Assembly (NCBI GenBank): GCA_963720545.1
Contig: OY970399.1
Location: forward strand, 3,872,001 to 3,936,000
DNA: 64,000 nucleotides
Direction of reading: 5' to 3'
DNA from: an uncultured Acidobacteriota bacterium
GTDB lineage: Bacteria; Acidobacteriota; Vicinamibacteria; Fen-336
This document shows positions 47,316 through 56,532 of the stretch, in pieces. Each line of letters begins with the position of its first letter. The stretch's first letter is position 1. The notes under the pieces are model-generated. The model searched no databases. It was not told the DNA's origin and saw only the letters and a program-made list of their open reading frames with translations. The position numbers and the translations under genes are program-made.

Positions 47316-48366
47316 TCAGGCGCGGCCGGGCACGGCGGTCGCGGCGCGCCGCAGCCACCGGTCGAAGAACCAGTTGCCGATGCGGCACTTGCCGAGCGCC
47401 GTGACGATGTAGCCCATGCGCTCGAGGCCATAGAGGAGCGAGTCGATGCGCTCCGGACCGCCGAGGCTGCTGGTGAGGGTCGTGATCGTCACCTCGCCCT
47501 CGCGCGCGATCGTCAGCAGCATCTCGCGCTCGTCCTTGCCGAGCGTCTGGAAGTCGACCGCGAAGAAGTTCGCGACCATTTCGTCGGCGGCCACCTGCGA
47601 CAGGGTCGCGCCGAGGTCGCGGCTCTCGAACAGGCGGCTCGCGATGAGCTGCACCAGGAACGGGTTGCAGCCGGTGCGGTCGATGATGGTGGCGCGCTCG
47701 TCGCCGGTGAAGTTGCCGCGCGCCAGCAGCTCGCCGGTCTCCTCGGGGGTCAAGCGGCGTCAGGTAGACGGGCGGGATGAAGCCTTGCAGGAACGGGGAA
47801 GTGGCGAAGCTCGTGGTCTCGTCGATCATCGCGAGCCTCTTGGTGGAGGTGAGCACCGAGCGCAGGTCGGGGCCCTTTTGCAGGATGCGCCGCAGCCGCG
47901 CCAGCACCACCGGCGCCTGTTCGGCGACCGTCAGCAGCTCCTCCGCCTCGTCCACCAGCAGCAGCATGCGCCAGCCGCTCTTGACGGTGCGGCGCGCCAG
48001 CGTCGTGAGCATGTCGGGCACCGTGAGGCCCTCGAGCTGGTCGATCTCGACGTCGGTGGCGCGGCGGAACGGGTCGCTGTCCTCGACGCTCTCCAGCAGG
48101 CTGTCGGCCAGCCCGCGGGCGTCGCCGCTGCCCTGCAGGTCCCAGTAGAGCGGCGCGTAGGGGGTCTGCGGATTCTGCAGCACCCGGTACTCGAGCTCCT
48201 TCAGGAGGCTGGTCTTGCCGAGGCGGCGTGCACCCACCACCCACAGCGAGTCGCGTTCGCCGTCGAGGATCTGGCGCACCAGGGAGCCGCGGCCGAAGAA
48301 GTTCTCGCCGCGCACCCAGCTGCCGGCGACGTACGGATTGCGCGCTTCGCTCACCACGCTGCCCAT
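47316..48366 (-). CDS. Stand-alone STAND-like P-loop ATPase; +1 frameshift at ~47752
   Basis: NPYVAG...FFGR, GARRLGKT, LLLVDEAE; C-terminus GCNPFLVQ + winged helix-like segment in ORF 47316-47753. Confidence 0.85.
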
Positions 48367-48370
48367 TCTC

Positions 48371-50829
48371 TCAGGAGACCGCTTGTGCGGCGCTGCCCCC
48401 CGCTTCGTCGGGGGCATCGCCTTCGCGCCCCTCTTCGTAGACGAAGGCTTCGCCGGCCGCTGCGATGTCGGCCGCGGTGACGGTCGAGCGGCCCTCCTCG
48501 AGCATGCGGTTGACCGCATGGATGCACAGCCGCTGGATCGCGTACGGCTTCATGCCGCTGATCCGCAGCACCGCCTCCACCGCGTCGCCCTGGTAGCGGA
48601 AGATGCCCTGGACCGGCTCGCGGATCAGCCCCTCGGCCTCTTCGCGCGAGAACTCCTTCAGCTCGATCTCGTCGAAGAAGTTGTACCAGGGGCTGCCTTC
48701 GCTCTTCCAGTTGCGGCGGATGCCGACGCCGCTCATCACCGCCACCAGGTGCTCGGAGAAGGTCTTCATGAAGATGCTGCGCAGCCGCTGGTTGACGCGG
48801 TCGGAGTACTCGTTCAGCACGTCCACCTCGTCGATGAGCAGCGCCAGCTTGACCTTCTTGGCGGTGCGTCCCTTCAGGTCCTCGATGACGCGCTGCAGGT
48901 CGTGCGCAGAAGTCGCGGCCGTCGTAGTCGTCGTCGTCGGGGCCGAACTTGCAGCGCCGCCATGGCCTCGGGCGAGGGCACCGTGGTCTCGACCACGTCG
49001 GCCATCACGGTGTGGAAGAACGCGGCTTCGGGAACGCCCTGCAGGTCGGAGGCGACCGGGAAGAAGCGGTAGTCGTCGCGGTCGTCCTTCTCGAGCGCCT
49101 TCTTCAGGTGGTGCAGCAGGCTGGTCTTGCCGATGCGTCGCTCGCCCGTGATCATCAGGCTGTTGTGGTGCAGGACGTTGAGGATCCGTGTCAGCAGCTT
49201 CTGCCGGCCGAAGAACATGTCGTCGGCGAGCACCGGCGCGCCGGCGATGTAGGGGTTGAAGCGCCGGTTGACCGCGCGCCGCCGTCGCACGCGCTGCATC
49301 GCGAAGCCGGCGCCGACGAGACCGAGGGCGGTGAGCGCCGCCGCCGGCAGGAAGGCGCGCGTCTCGTAAAAGCGCAGCTGCCGCGTGATGGTGAACGGCT
49401 GCGAGGCGCGCAGCCCCTGGGCGTCGGTCGCGACGATCAGCAACTCGTTGGCGCCGGGCGCCAGCGGGAAGGTGCTGTTGATCGCCTGGGTGCGGGCCGG
49501 CTCGCCGTCTTCGACCGCGGTCGGCCGCAGGTCGGCGACCAGCGCCTGGTTGAGGTAGATCTCGACGCGCGAGAGTTGCCGCTCGTCGCTGACCACCGCC
49601 TCCACCTTGACCGTCGGCTGGTCCACCTTCGGCTGCGGCACCGACGGCGCCATCATGACGATGAGCGGCATGCGGTTGGGGAAGAAGCGCGCCAGCAGCG
49701 AGGCCGCCGTCAGCTCCAGCGAGCGCTCGCGGCGCTGCGCGGCGCGTGCGTTCTGCGGGTCGAGGCGCAGGATTTCCTCGTAGCGCAGCTCGGCCTCGGG
49801 ATGCCTGCCGCTCGTGAACAGGGCATCCGCTTCCGACTCGAGACGGCTGATCTCCGCGCGGCGATCGGTCTCGACGCGCAGGCTGTTGACCCGGTCCTCG
49901 GCCTGGGCGCGCAGGCGGCGCGCTTCGGCGTTCCCGGGATCGGCGGCCGCCTCGGTGAGCGGGCGCAGCGCGTCGGCGAACTGCCCCGCGGCGAACAGGC
50001 GCTTGCCTTCCTCGAACTTGCCGGCGAGCTCCGCCTTCGAAGTGGTTTGCCGCAGCTGCTCCTGCGCGGCGGCGATGCCTTCCTGCGCCTCGCGGTTGAC
50101 GGCGTCGAGCGACAGCACCTCGGTGAACTTGAGGATGGCGTCGGTCTCGTTGCCGGCGCGCACCGCCGCCTTCGCCTCGTCGAGCGCCGTCTGCAGGCGC
50201 CGCGCGCGGGTCTGACGCTCAGCGGCCATGCGGCGCTCCTCGAGCAGGTCGTTCTTGCGCTTCTCGATCGACGGGATGAGCGCGGGGTTGATCTTCTGGT
50301 AGATCGACTCCGCCTTGGTCCAGGCGGCGAGCGCCTCGTCGTCGCGGCCGGCGCGGCGCTTGTCGTCGCCTTCCTTCAGGAAGCGCTCGGCTTCGTCGCG
50401 CGCGGCGCGGATCTGGTTCTGCTCGCTTTGCGACTTCACCTCGGCCTGGCGCGCCTGCAGCTTCTGCCACAACTCGGCGCGCTTCTTGATGATGCCCTGT
50501 GTTTCCTCGGAGCCGAACATCGCCACCGCGCGGTCGTTGTCGCCGCGCTCCAGGTAGCAAAGGCCGAGGTAGTAGTAGGGCGTGTAGTCGACGAAGTCGA
50601 CGCCGTAGGTGCGCACGCTCAGCTCCGAGCGCGGCCGCAGTTCCACGGCCTTCTGCAGGTCGGCGAGCGCCGCGGGGGTGCACTGGCCGGCGCGGAAGTT
50701 GCGGCCGCGGTCGTCGATGGCGCGCTGGTAGTAGACGTACCACTCGTCGGCCGCGCGCGCCGGGACGGCGCGCAGGCCGAGGTGGGTGGCGACCAGGAGG
50801 CAGGCGGCGACAATACGTCCGGACGGCAT
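48371..50829 (-). CDS. Signal peptide-TPR-Ig-TM-STAND ATPase; two +1 frameshifts at ~48952 and ~48908
   Basis: Signal peptide, TPRs (YYYLGLCY), Ig-like LAPGANELLIVATD, TM helix, NPYIAG...FFGR, GERRIGKT; Walker B LLIDEVD after frame correction. Confidence 0.85.
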
Positions 50830-50864
50830 GCTGCGGACCTTACGCCCCTGCGCTGCCGCCCGTG

Positions 50865-51926
50865 CTACTTCTCGTACATCGCGGCAATCAGGGCCCCGCG
50901 CGCGGTGGCGGTGAGGGGATCCTTGGCGAGACGCACGCCGGCGATCTCGATGGGCAGCGGCCTGGCCTTCATGGTGCGCTCGAACAGCTCCTTGAAGCCC
51001 TTGGCCTTGGCGGTGCCGCCGGAAAGCACGATCGGCAGCGGCCGGTCGGTGCGCGGCAGCTTGTCGGTCGCGGCCAGCGACTTGCGCAGCGAGTCGACCA
51101 GCGCGTCGACCAGATCCTCGTAGTAGATGTTGAGGGCCTTCTCGATCTTGTCCTTGCCGGGACGGCCGAGGTCGAGCCCCTCTTCCTTCGCCATCTTCAC
51201 CCGCGTCGCCGACTCGGCAACCACCGCACCCACCGAGGCGTCGATCGAATCGCCGCCCTTCTGGAGGCTGTACATGATGGCCGGGATCGACAGGAAGGCG
51301 AGGGCGACGTTGCACATGCCACCGCCGCAGGAGATGCCGATGCCGCTGAAGTTGTTGTCCTCGAGTTCGCTGAAGACGACTGCCAGGCCCTCGTTGACCG
51401 CAACCGCGCGGTAACCGAGGCCGTCGAAGTACTTGCGCAGCGTGGCCTCGTGGTAGGTGAGCTCGCTCTCACGGCCGTCGGGCGCCGCGGGCACCGAGAA
51501 CGCCAGCACGTCGCCCTGGCCCTTGGCCTTCGGCACCACGTTCTGCACGATCACGTCGAGCACCTGCATCGCCGACTTCTCGCGCGCGTTCAGCAGGCCG
51601 AAGGCCATGGGCCGGCGGCTCTCCGCGCCGAACATGTTGGCGAACTTGTCGGTGGCGTCGCCGTAGACGACGATCTCCTCGCCGTCGCGGTAGTAGGGAA
51701 TGTTCTGCTGGCCGAGGATCGTCTCGGTGAAGCGCGAATACGGCACCTGGATGAACGCGTTCAATTGCGCCACCGTCTCGACCCCGTTGCCGCGCTTGCG
51801 GGCGGCGACGATGCGGCTCGTTCCGACATCGACGCCTTGGGGACTGCTACCCTTCTGGGCTTCCTCGTTCATCCGCTCCTCCGCATCGGGTTGCACCTTC
51901 CACAACTGATCCTTGCGTTCTTCCAT
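50865..51926 (-). CDS. Actin-like ATPase, volactin-like
   Basis: Phosphate-1 GVDVGT, NEGLAV, phosphate-2 GISCGGG, adenosine IVLSGGT, TARGA. Confidence 0.85.
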   Translation of the reverse strand: MEERKDQLWKVQPDAEERMNEEAQKGSSPQGVDVGTSRIVAARKRGNGVETVAQLNAFIQVPYSRFTETILGQQNIPYYRDGEEIVVYGDATDKFANMFGAESRRPMAFGLLNAREKSAMQVLDVIVQNVVPKAKGQGDVLAFSVPAAPDGRESELTYHEATLRKYFDGLGYRAVAVNEGLAVVFSELEDNNFSGIGISCGGGMCNVALAFLSIPAIMYSLQKGGDSIDASVGAVVAESATRVKMAKEEGLDLGRPGKDKIEKALNIYYEDLVDALVDSLRKSLAATDKLPRTDRPLPIVLSGGTAKAKGFKELFERTMKARPLPIEIAGVRLAKDPLTATARGALIAAMYEK

Positions 51927-51936
51927 TATCTAGGGC

Positions 51937-53262
51937 CTAGCCTCCGCTGGCGACGTCAACCTCGTCCTTCCGGGCCGAGACTTCCTGCGCTCCGGCCTTC
52001 GTCTGCTCCAGAATCCACCGGTCGTACATCGCGCGCTTGCGCAGGCGCAGCGCCTCGATGCTCTCGCCCGTCTGGCGGGCTTCCGCGACCAGCGCCTGCT
52101 CGGCGCTCGCGACGCCCGGCCACGGCTCGCCCTGCATCTTCGCCAGGAACTCGTCGTCGTAGTGGAAGCCGAACTCCAGCACCGCCGGCGACGGCACGTC
52201 GTAGGCGTTCGGCAGGCCGAACGCGCCGAACGGAAAGCCGCGCGCCCAGTCGACGTGGTGGCCGATGAGGTGCTCACGCGAGTTGACGCTCGTCAGGCCG
52301 TGCGTGACGCACATCTGCGGCGCGATCTCGTAGCGCAAGCGCAGATGCTCCGTGAGAGCGAGTCCCGATGCAAGCTGGGCCTGGGTGATGGGCAGCGCGC
52401 GCCCGCCCTCCCAGCGCGTCTCGAAGCACACGCCGATGAAGGCGCTGTTGAGGTTGAGGAAAGTGGTGTCGCCGTCCTTCCACACGGAAAAGCCCGCGTG
52501 GTTGGCGCGGCCGTTCTCCTCGACGATGCGGTAGACGCGGCCGAAGCGGTCGATGACGTAGTTGTAGAGCCGGCGCCTGGCGATGTACTTCATCAGGCCG
52601 TGCGAGCTCTTCTTGAGGTTGTCGTTGAACGATTCCTCGAGCGGCCAGATGTCGCTTTCCGAGGTGTGAAACAGGATGCCGACAGGCCTGGTGTAGGTCT
52701 CGCGCTGCATCCCGGTGCGGCGGAACACGCGGTATCGGCGCTCGGGGCCGGCCACGGCGAAATTGGTCTCGATGCGCAGGCCGTTGCTGTACTGCTCGAA
52801 GTTCGCGCCGCGCTCCACCAGCCAGATGCTCTTCGGCGCGGGCGCGGACGAGGCCGGCATCGGTTCGGCGACAGGATCGAGACGCGGCGCGCCTGCCAGC
52901 ACGGGCGCCGCGGCGCGGGCCGCGCGCGCGTCGCGCGTGCTCCAGCGGGCCGCCGCGAACAAGGAAGCCGCGAGCAGCGCGCCGACCACGGCGAAGCCGA
53001 GCCAGGCGGGACGGTGCCGCTTCGTCTTCCTGGCGACCGCGCGGCTCAGGCTGGAGTGGCCGAGCAACGGATCCACCGAGTCGTAGCCGAGCATGCGCTG
53101 CGCCATGCGGTGCACGCCGGGGATGGGGATGAGGCGCAGCAGGCGGTCGGTGCGGCGGTAGCGGGAGATCGACCCGCGCAGGTGGCGCAGCTTGGCCACC
53201 GGATCGGCAATGACCTCGGTTTCGCGCTCGAGCGCGCGCAGCAGCGGCTCGCCTGTGTTCAC
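51937..53262 (-). CDS. Membrane-anchored N-acetylmuramoyl-L-alanine amidase (Amidase_2/PGRP fold)
   Basis: TM helix at ~aa 86-105; ILFHTSE, YNYVIDRFG, ANHAG, IGVCFE, VTHG; RBS AGGAG. Confidence 0.85.
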   Translation of the reverse strand: MNTGEPLLRALERETEVIADPVAKLRHLRGSISRYRRTDRLLRLIPIPGVHRMAQRMLGYDSVDPLLGHSSLSRAVARKTKRHRPAWLGFAVVGALLAASLFAAARWSTRDARAARAAAPVLAGAPRLDPVAEPMPASSAPAPKSIWLVERGANFEQYSNGLRIETNFAVAGPERRYRVFRRTGMQRETYTRPVGILFHTSESDIWPLEESFNDNLKKSSHGLMKYIARRRLYNYVIDRFGRVYRIVEENGRANHAGFSVWKDGDTTFLNLNSAFIGVCFETRWEGGRALPITQAQLASGLALTEHLRLRYEIAPQMCVTHGLTSVNSREHLIGHHVDWARGFPFGAFGLPNAYDVPSPAVLEFGFHYDDEFLAKMQGEPWPGVASAEQALVAEARQTGESIEALRLRKRAMYDRWILEQTKAGAQEVSARKDEVDVASGG

Positions 53263-53336
53263 GGACTCCTAAATCCTTTGTGGCCTGCGAATTATAGGAC
53301 ACGAATTTCGGACCCGGCAATGCTTTCGCGAAGCCG

Positions 53337-54332
53337 ATGTGCGCTGGATCCGCCGCCGGGCCCATTGTATGGTTGCGAATCGCCACCATTGTCCCAAATG
53401 CGCAGCTGGCGCGGCTTCCGAGGGATCCCCGCGCCTTGCGGCCGCTCATCGAGGAGGAGTCGCAGGCCTGGGCGGCCGATCTCGACTGGGACTATGCCGA
53501 CGTGGCCCGGGCACTCCTCGCCGGGCTCGAGAACGGCTCGCTGCGCGGCTTCGGCTTCGAGGACTCGGGCAGGGTGGTCGCCTACGGTTACTACCTGCTC
53601 GACGGCCGGCGGGCGGTGCTGGGGTCGCTGTTCGCCTCGGCCGCCCATCGCGGGCGCGGCTACGAGGCGACACTCGTGGACGCCCTGGTGGCCGACGCGC
53701 GCGGCGCCGCGCACGGCCGCCGCATCGAGTGCCAGACGCTTTTCACCAGCGACCAGGCGGTGGACGAGCGGTTCCGCGCGCTCGGCTTCACGAGCCACGA
53801 CCGGCACTATCTCGCCGCATCGCTGCTGGCGGGAGAGGTGCTCGCCGCGCCGGCGATCGCCGGCGCGCGCGGCCTGACGCTTGGCGACATCCCGCAGGCG
53901 GCCGCCGTCATCCACAGCAGCCATCAGGGCACCGTGGACGCCGAGATGAACACCACCTACAAGACCGAGAACCATTGCCGCACTTTCCTCGAGACGTTGA
54001 TCCTGCGTTCGGGCTGCGGCGAATTCGACGCCGAGGCTTCGCTGTTCGTCGAAGGCGCGCCCGGCACAGGTCCGGTCGCTGTGCTGCTCGCGAGCCGCCT
54101 GTCGCGAGACAACGGCCACATCTGCCAGGTGTCGGTGGTGCCGCAGGCGCAGCGCAAGGGTCTCGGCCGCGCGCTCGTGAGCCACGCGCTCGGCGTGTTC
54201 CGCGCGCGCGGCCTGCGGCAGGCGACGCTCAGCGCGACGGTCGCGAACGCGCGCGCCTACGCCCTCTACCGCGACCTCGGCTTCGCGCCGCGGCGCCTCT
54301 TCAAGGCGCACGCGTGGCAAGCGCCCGCATGA
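53337..54332 (+). CDS. Tandem GNAT acetyltransferase (start uncertain)
   Basis: HRGRGY and QRKGLG acetyl-CoA motifs, NARAYALYRDLGF. Confidence 0.85.
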   Translation: MCAGSAAGPIVWLRIATIVPNAQLARLPRDPRALRPLIEEESQAWAADLDWDYADVARALLAGLENGSLRGFGFEDSGRVVAYGYYLLDGRRAVLGSLFASAAHRGRGYEATLVDALVADARGAAHGRRIECQTLFTSDQAVDERFRALGFTSHDRHYLAASLLAGEVLAAPAIAGARGLTLGDIPQAAAVIHSSHQGTVDAEMNTTYKTENHCRTFLETLILRSGCGEFDAEASLFVEGAPGTGPVAVLLASRLSRDNGHICQVSVVPQAQRKGLGRALVSHALGVFRARGLRQATLSATVANARAYALYRDLGFAPRRLFKAHAWQAPA

Positions 54333-55909
54333 CCCTTGCGGGCCTCGCGGCGCTGCTCGTCGCCAGCGCTGCAGCGAACGCCGAGCCGCAGCCGCGCGTG
54401 ATGGTGGTGCCGTTCGTCATGCAGCCCGCCTCTGCGGCCTGGGTGGGCGAGTACCTCGCCGACGACATGCCGCGTACCCTGGCGCTCGCCGGCGTCGCCG
54501 CGGTGCCGCGACCGATGCGCACGGCCGCCCACGACGCCTTCGGCCTGGCGCAGGCGCCGCTCTCGCGCGCCACCGCCATCCGCATGGCCGAGGCGCTCGC
54601 GGCCGACCGCGTCGTCATCGGCAGCGGCACGTTCGACACGTCCGGCGTGACGCTCGAGGCGCGCATCCTCGACGTTTCGCGCGGCTCGCTGTCGGCGCCG
54701 CTGCGCGCCTCGGGCAGCCTCGAGACGCTCACCGATGTCGCCTTCTCGCTCGCCTGGGACGTCGCGCTGGCCGGCTCGCCGGGACCAGCCCGCACCCGCG
54801 TCGAAACCGCGCGCGAGCGGGTGCGCCGCCACTACACGGTGCTGCGCGCCTACGGCGAGGCGCTCGTCGCCGGCGACCTGGCGCGCCGCCTGAAGATGCT
54901 CGCCGAGGCCGTTTCCCTGGCGCCCGACTTCGATGCGGCGCGCCTCGACCTGGTGCGCGCGCGTCTCGATGCCCGCGACTTCGCCGCGGCGCTCGAGGAG
55001 GTGCGGCGCATTGCTCCAGGCGCGCCCGCCGCGACCCGGCGCGAGGCCGACTTCCTGCAAGGTGCTGTGCTCTTCGGCCTCGGCCGTTGCGACGAGGCGG
55101 ACGCGCTCTACCAGCGGCTGTCGGCTGCGAACGAAACGGCGGCGGTGCTCGCGAACCGCGCGCTCGCGGTGCTGCGCTCGCCTCGGCCTGCGGCCCTGCG
55201 CGCCGGCTCGGCGCGCGCCTCGGATTTGCTGCGCCAGGCGAACGCGCTCCTGCCGGGGTCCACCGAAGTCACCTTCGACCTCGGCTTCGCGCTCTTTGTC
55301 GAAGGCGATGACGACGCCGCGATCTTCTGGTTGCGCGGCCTGCAGGAGCTCGACCCCGAGGACAACGACGCGCGCGTCGTGCTCGCCTGGGCGCTGCGCC
55401 GCGCCGGCCGCACCGCCGAAGCCGACGCCACGTGGCAGGCGCTCGTCAGCCATTCGCGCTCGCTCTCGGGCATGGCGGCGCCGGACCCCGCGCGCCGGCT
55501 CGAGCGCGTGTTGTCGACGGAAAACCCGTTCGTCCTCGACCCGAACCGCCGCGGCGACTCGGCCGATGCCGCGGGGCTGCGCGACCACGGCGAGCGCGCG
55601 CTCCTGGCGGGCGACCTCGACACCGCGTTTCGCGAGCTGTCGCGCGCCGCGTACCTCAACCCCTACGAAGCCTCGGTGCATCGTTCATTGGCGCAGGTGC
55701 ACGTGCGGCGCGGCGACCGCGAAAACGCCGCCGCCGAGCTGCGCACGTCGCTGTGGTGCGCCGAGAGCACCGCGGTCCGCGTCGAGCTCATGAACCTGTT
55801 CGCCGAGCTCGGCCGCCGCGCCGAGGCCGAGAGCGAAGCGCGCCGCATCCTCAAGGCCGATCCCGGCAACGAGGCGGCCCGCAAGCTCGCGCCAAACGGG
55901 TCGCTATAA
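54329..55909 (+). CDS. Exported TPR protein with N-terminal CsgG/TolB-N-like domain
   Basis: Signal peptide, VMVVPF, multiple TPRs; ATGA overlap with the upstream gene. Confidence 0.8.
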   Translation: MTLAGLAALLVASAAANAEPQPRVMVVPFVMQPASAAWVGEYLADDMPRTLALAGVAAVPRPMRTAAHDAFGLAQAPLSRATAIRMAEALAADRVVIGSGTFDTSGVTLEARILDVSRGSLSAPLRASGSLETLTDVAFSLAWDVALAGSPGPARTRVETARERVRRHYTVLRAYGEALVAGDLARRLKMLAEAVSLAPDFDAARLDLVRARLDARDFAAALEEVRRIAPGAPAATRREADFLQGAVLFGLGRCDEADALYQRLSAANETAAVLANRALAVLRSPRPAALRAGSARASDLLRQANALLPGSTEVTFDLGFALFVEGDDDAAIFWLRGLQELDPEDNDARVVLAWALRRAGRTAEADATWQALVSHSRSLSGMAAPDPARRLERVLSTENPFVLDPNRRGDSADAAGLRDHGERALLAGDLDTAFRELSRAAYLNPYEASVHRSLAQVHVRRGDRENAAAELRTSLWCAESTAVRVELMNLFAELGRRAEAESEARRILKADPGNEAARKLAPNGSL

Positions 55910-55927
55910 TGGACGGCAAGCAGCGAC

Positions 55928-56512
55928 ATGATCACCCTCCTCCTGGCCGCGGCACTCGCGGCGCAAGCAGCCGGCAATCCGCTCGCACTCACCAAGGCGG
56001 CTGCCGACACGTGCCGCGCGAAGATCGACGCGCTCGATCGCCGCTTCAAGGCCAAGGCGACAACACCCGCTGAGCCGGTCGCCTTCTCGGAGCAGGAGGT
56101 GAACTCGTACCTCGCGCTCGGCGGCGCCGTCCTGCCGGTTGGCATCAAGTCCTTCACCGTGAGCCTGCGCCGCGATCGCCTCGAAGCCAAGGGCATGGTG
56201 GACCTCGACGCCCTGAAGGCGAAAGTGCCGGCTTCGAAGAGCGCCACCAATCCTTTGTGGCTGCTTGGCGGGCTGATGCCCTTCGAGTTGAAGGGCAAGT
56301 TCAAGAGCGCCAACCGCTTCGGCCAGGCGGAGATCGAGGAAGTGCGGCTCGGGCCGGTGATGCTGCCGCCGAGCGTCGTGGCGCAGCTGGTCGCATCCTC
56401 CACCAAGAGCCCGAGCATGCCGCAAGGTGTCGATTTGATGGCGCCGTTCCGCTTGCCTTACGGCGTCAGGAGCCTTCGGCTCGAGGCGTACCGCGCCGTG
56501 GTGGAGCCGTAA
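55928..56512 (+). CDS. Exported hypothetical protein
   Basis: Signal peptide; [10 protein letters not shown]...PFRLPYGV. Confidence 0.75.
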   Translation: MITLLLAAALAAQAAGNPLALTKAAADTCRAKIDALDRRFKAKATTPAEPVAFSEQEVNSYLALGGAVLPVGIKSFTVSLRRDRLEAKGMVDLDALKAKVPASKSATNPLWLLGGLMPFELKGKFKSANRFGQAEIEEVRLGPVMLPPSVVAQLVASSTKSPSMPQGVDLMAPFRLPYGVRSLRLEAYRAVVEP

Positions 56513-56532
56513 GGGCAGGATCGAGGCCGGGC

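Noticed and set aside
50865..51926. Calling the actin-like gene mreB, ftsA or parM
   Set aside because: No mreC/mreD, ftsZ or parR/centromere context, and the internal motifs differ from those families
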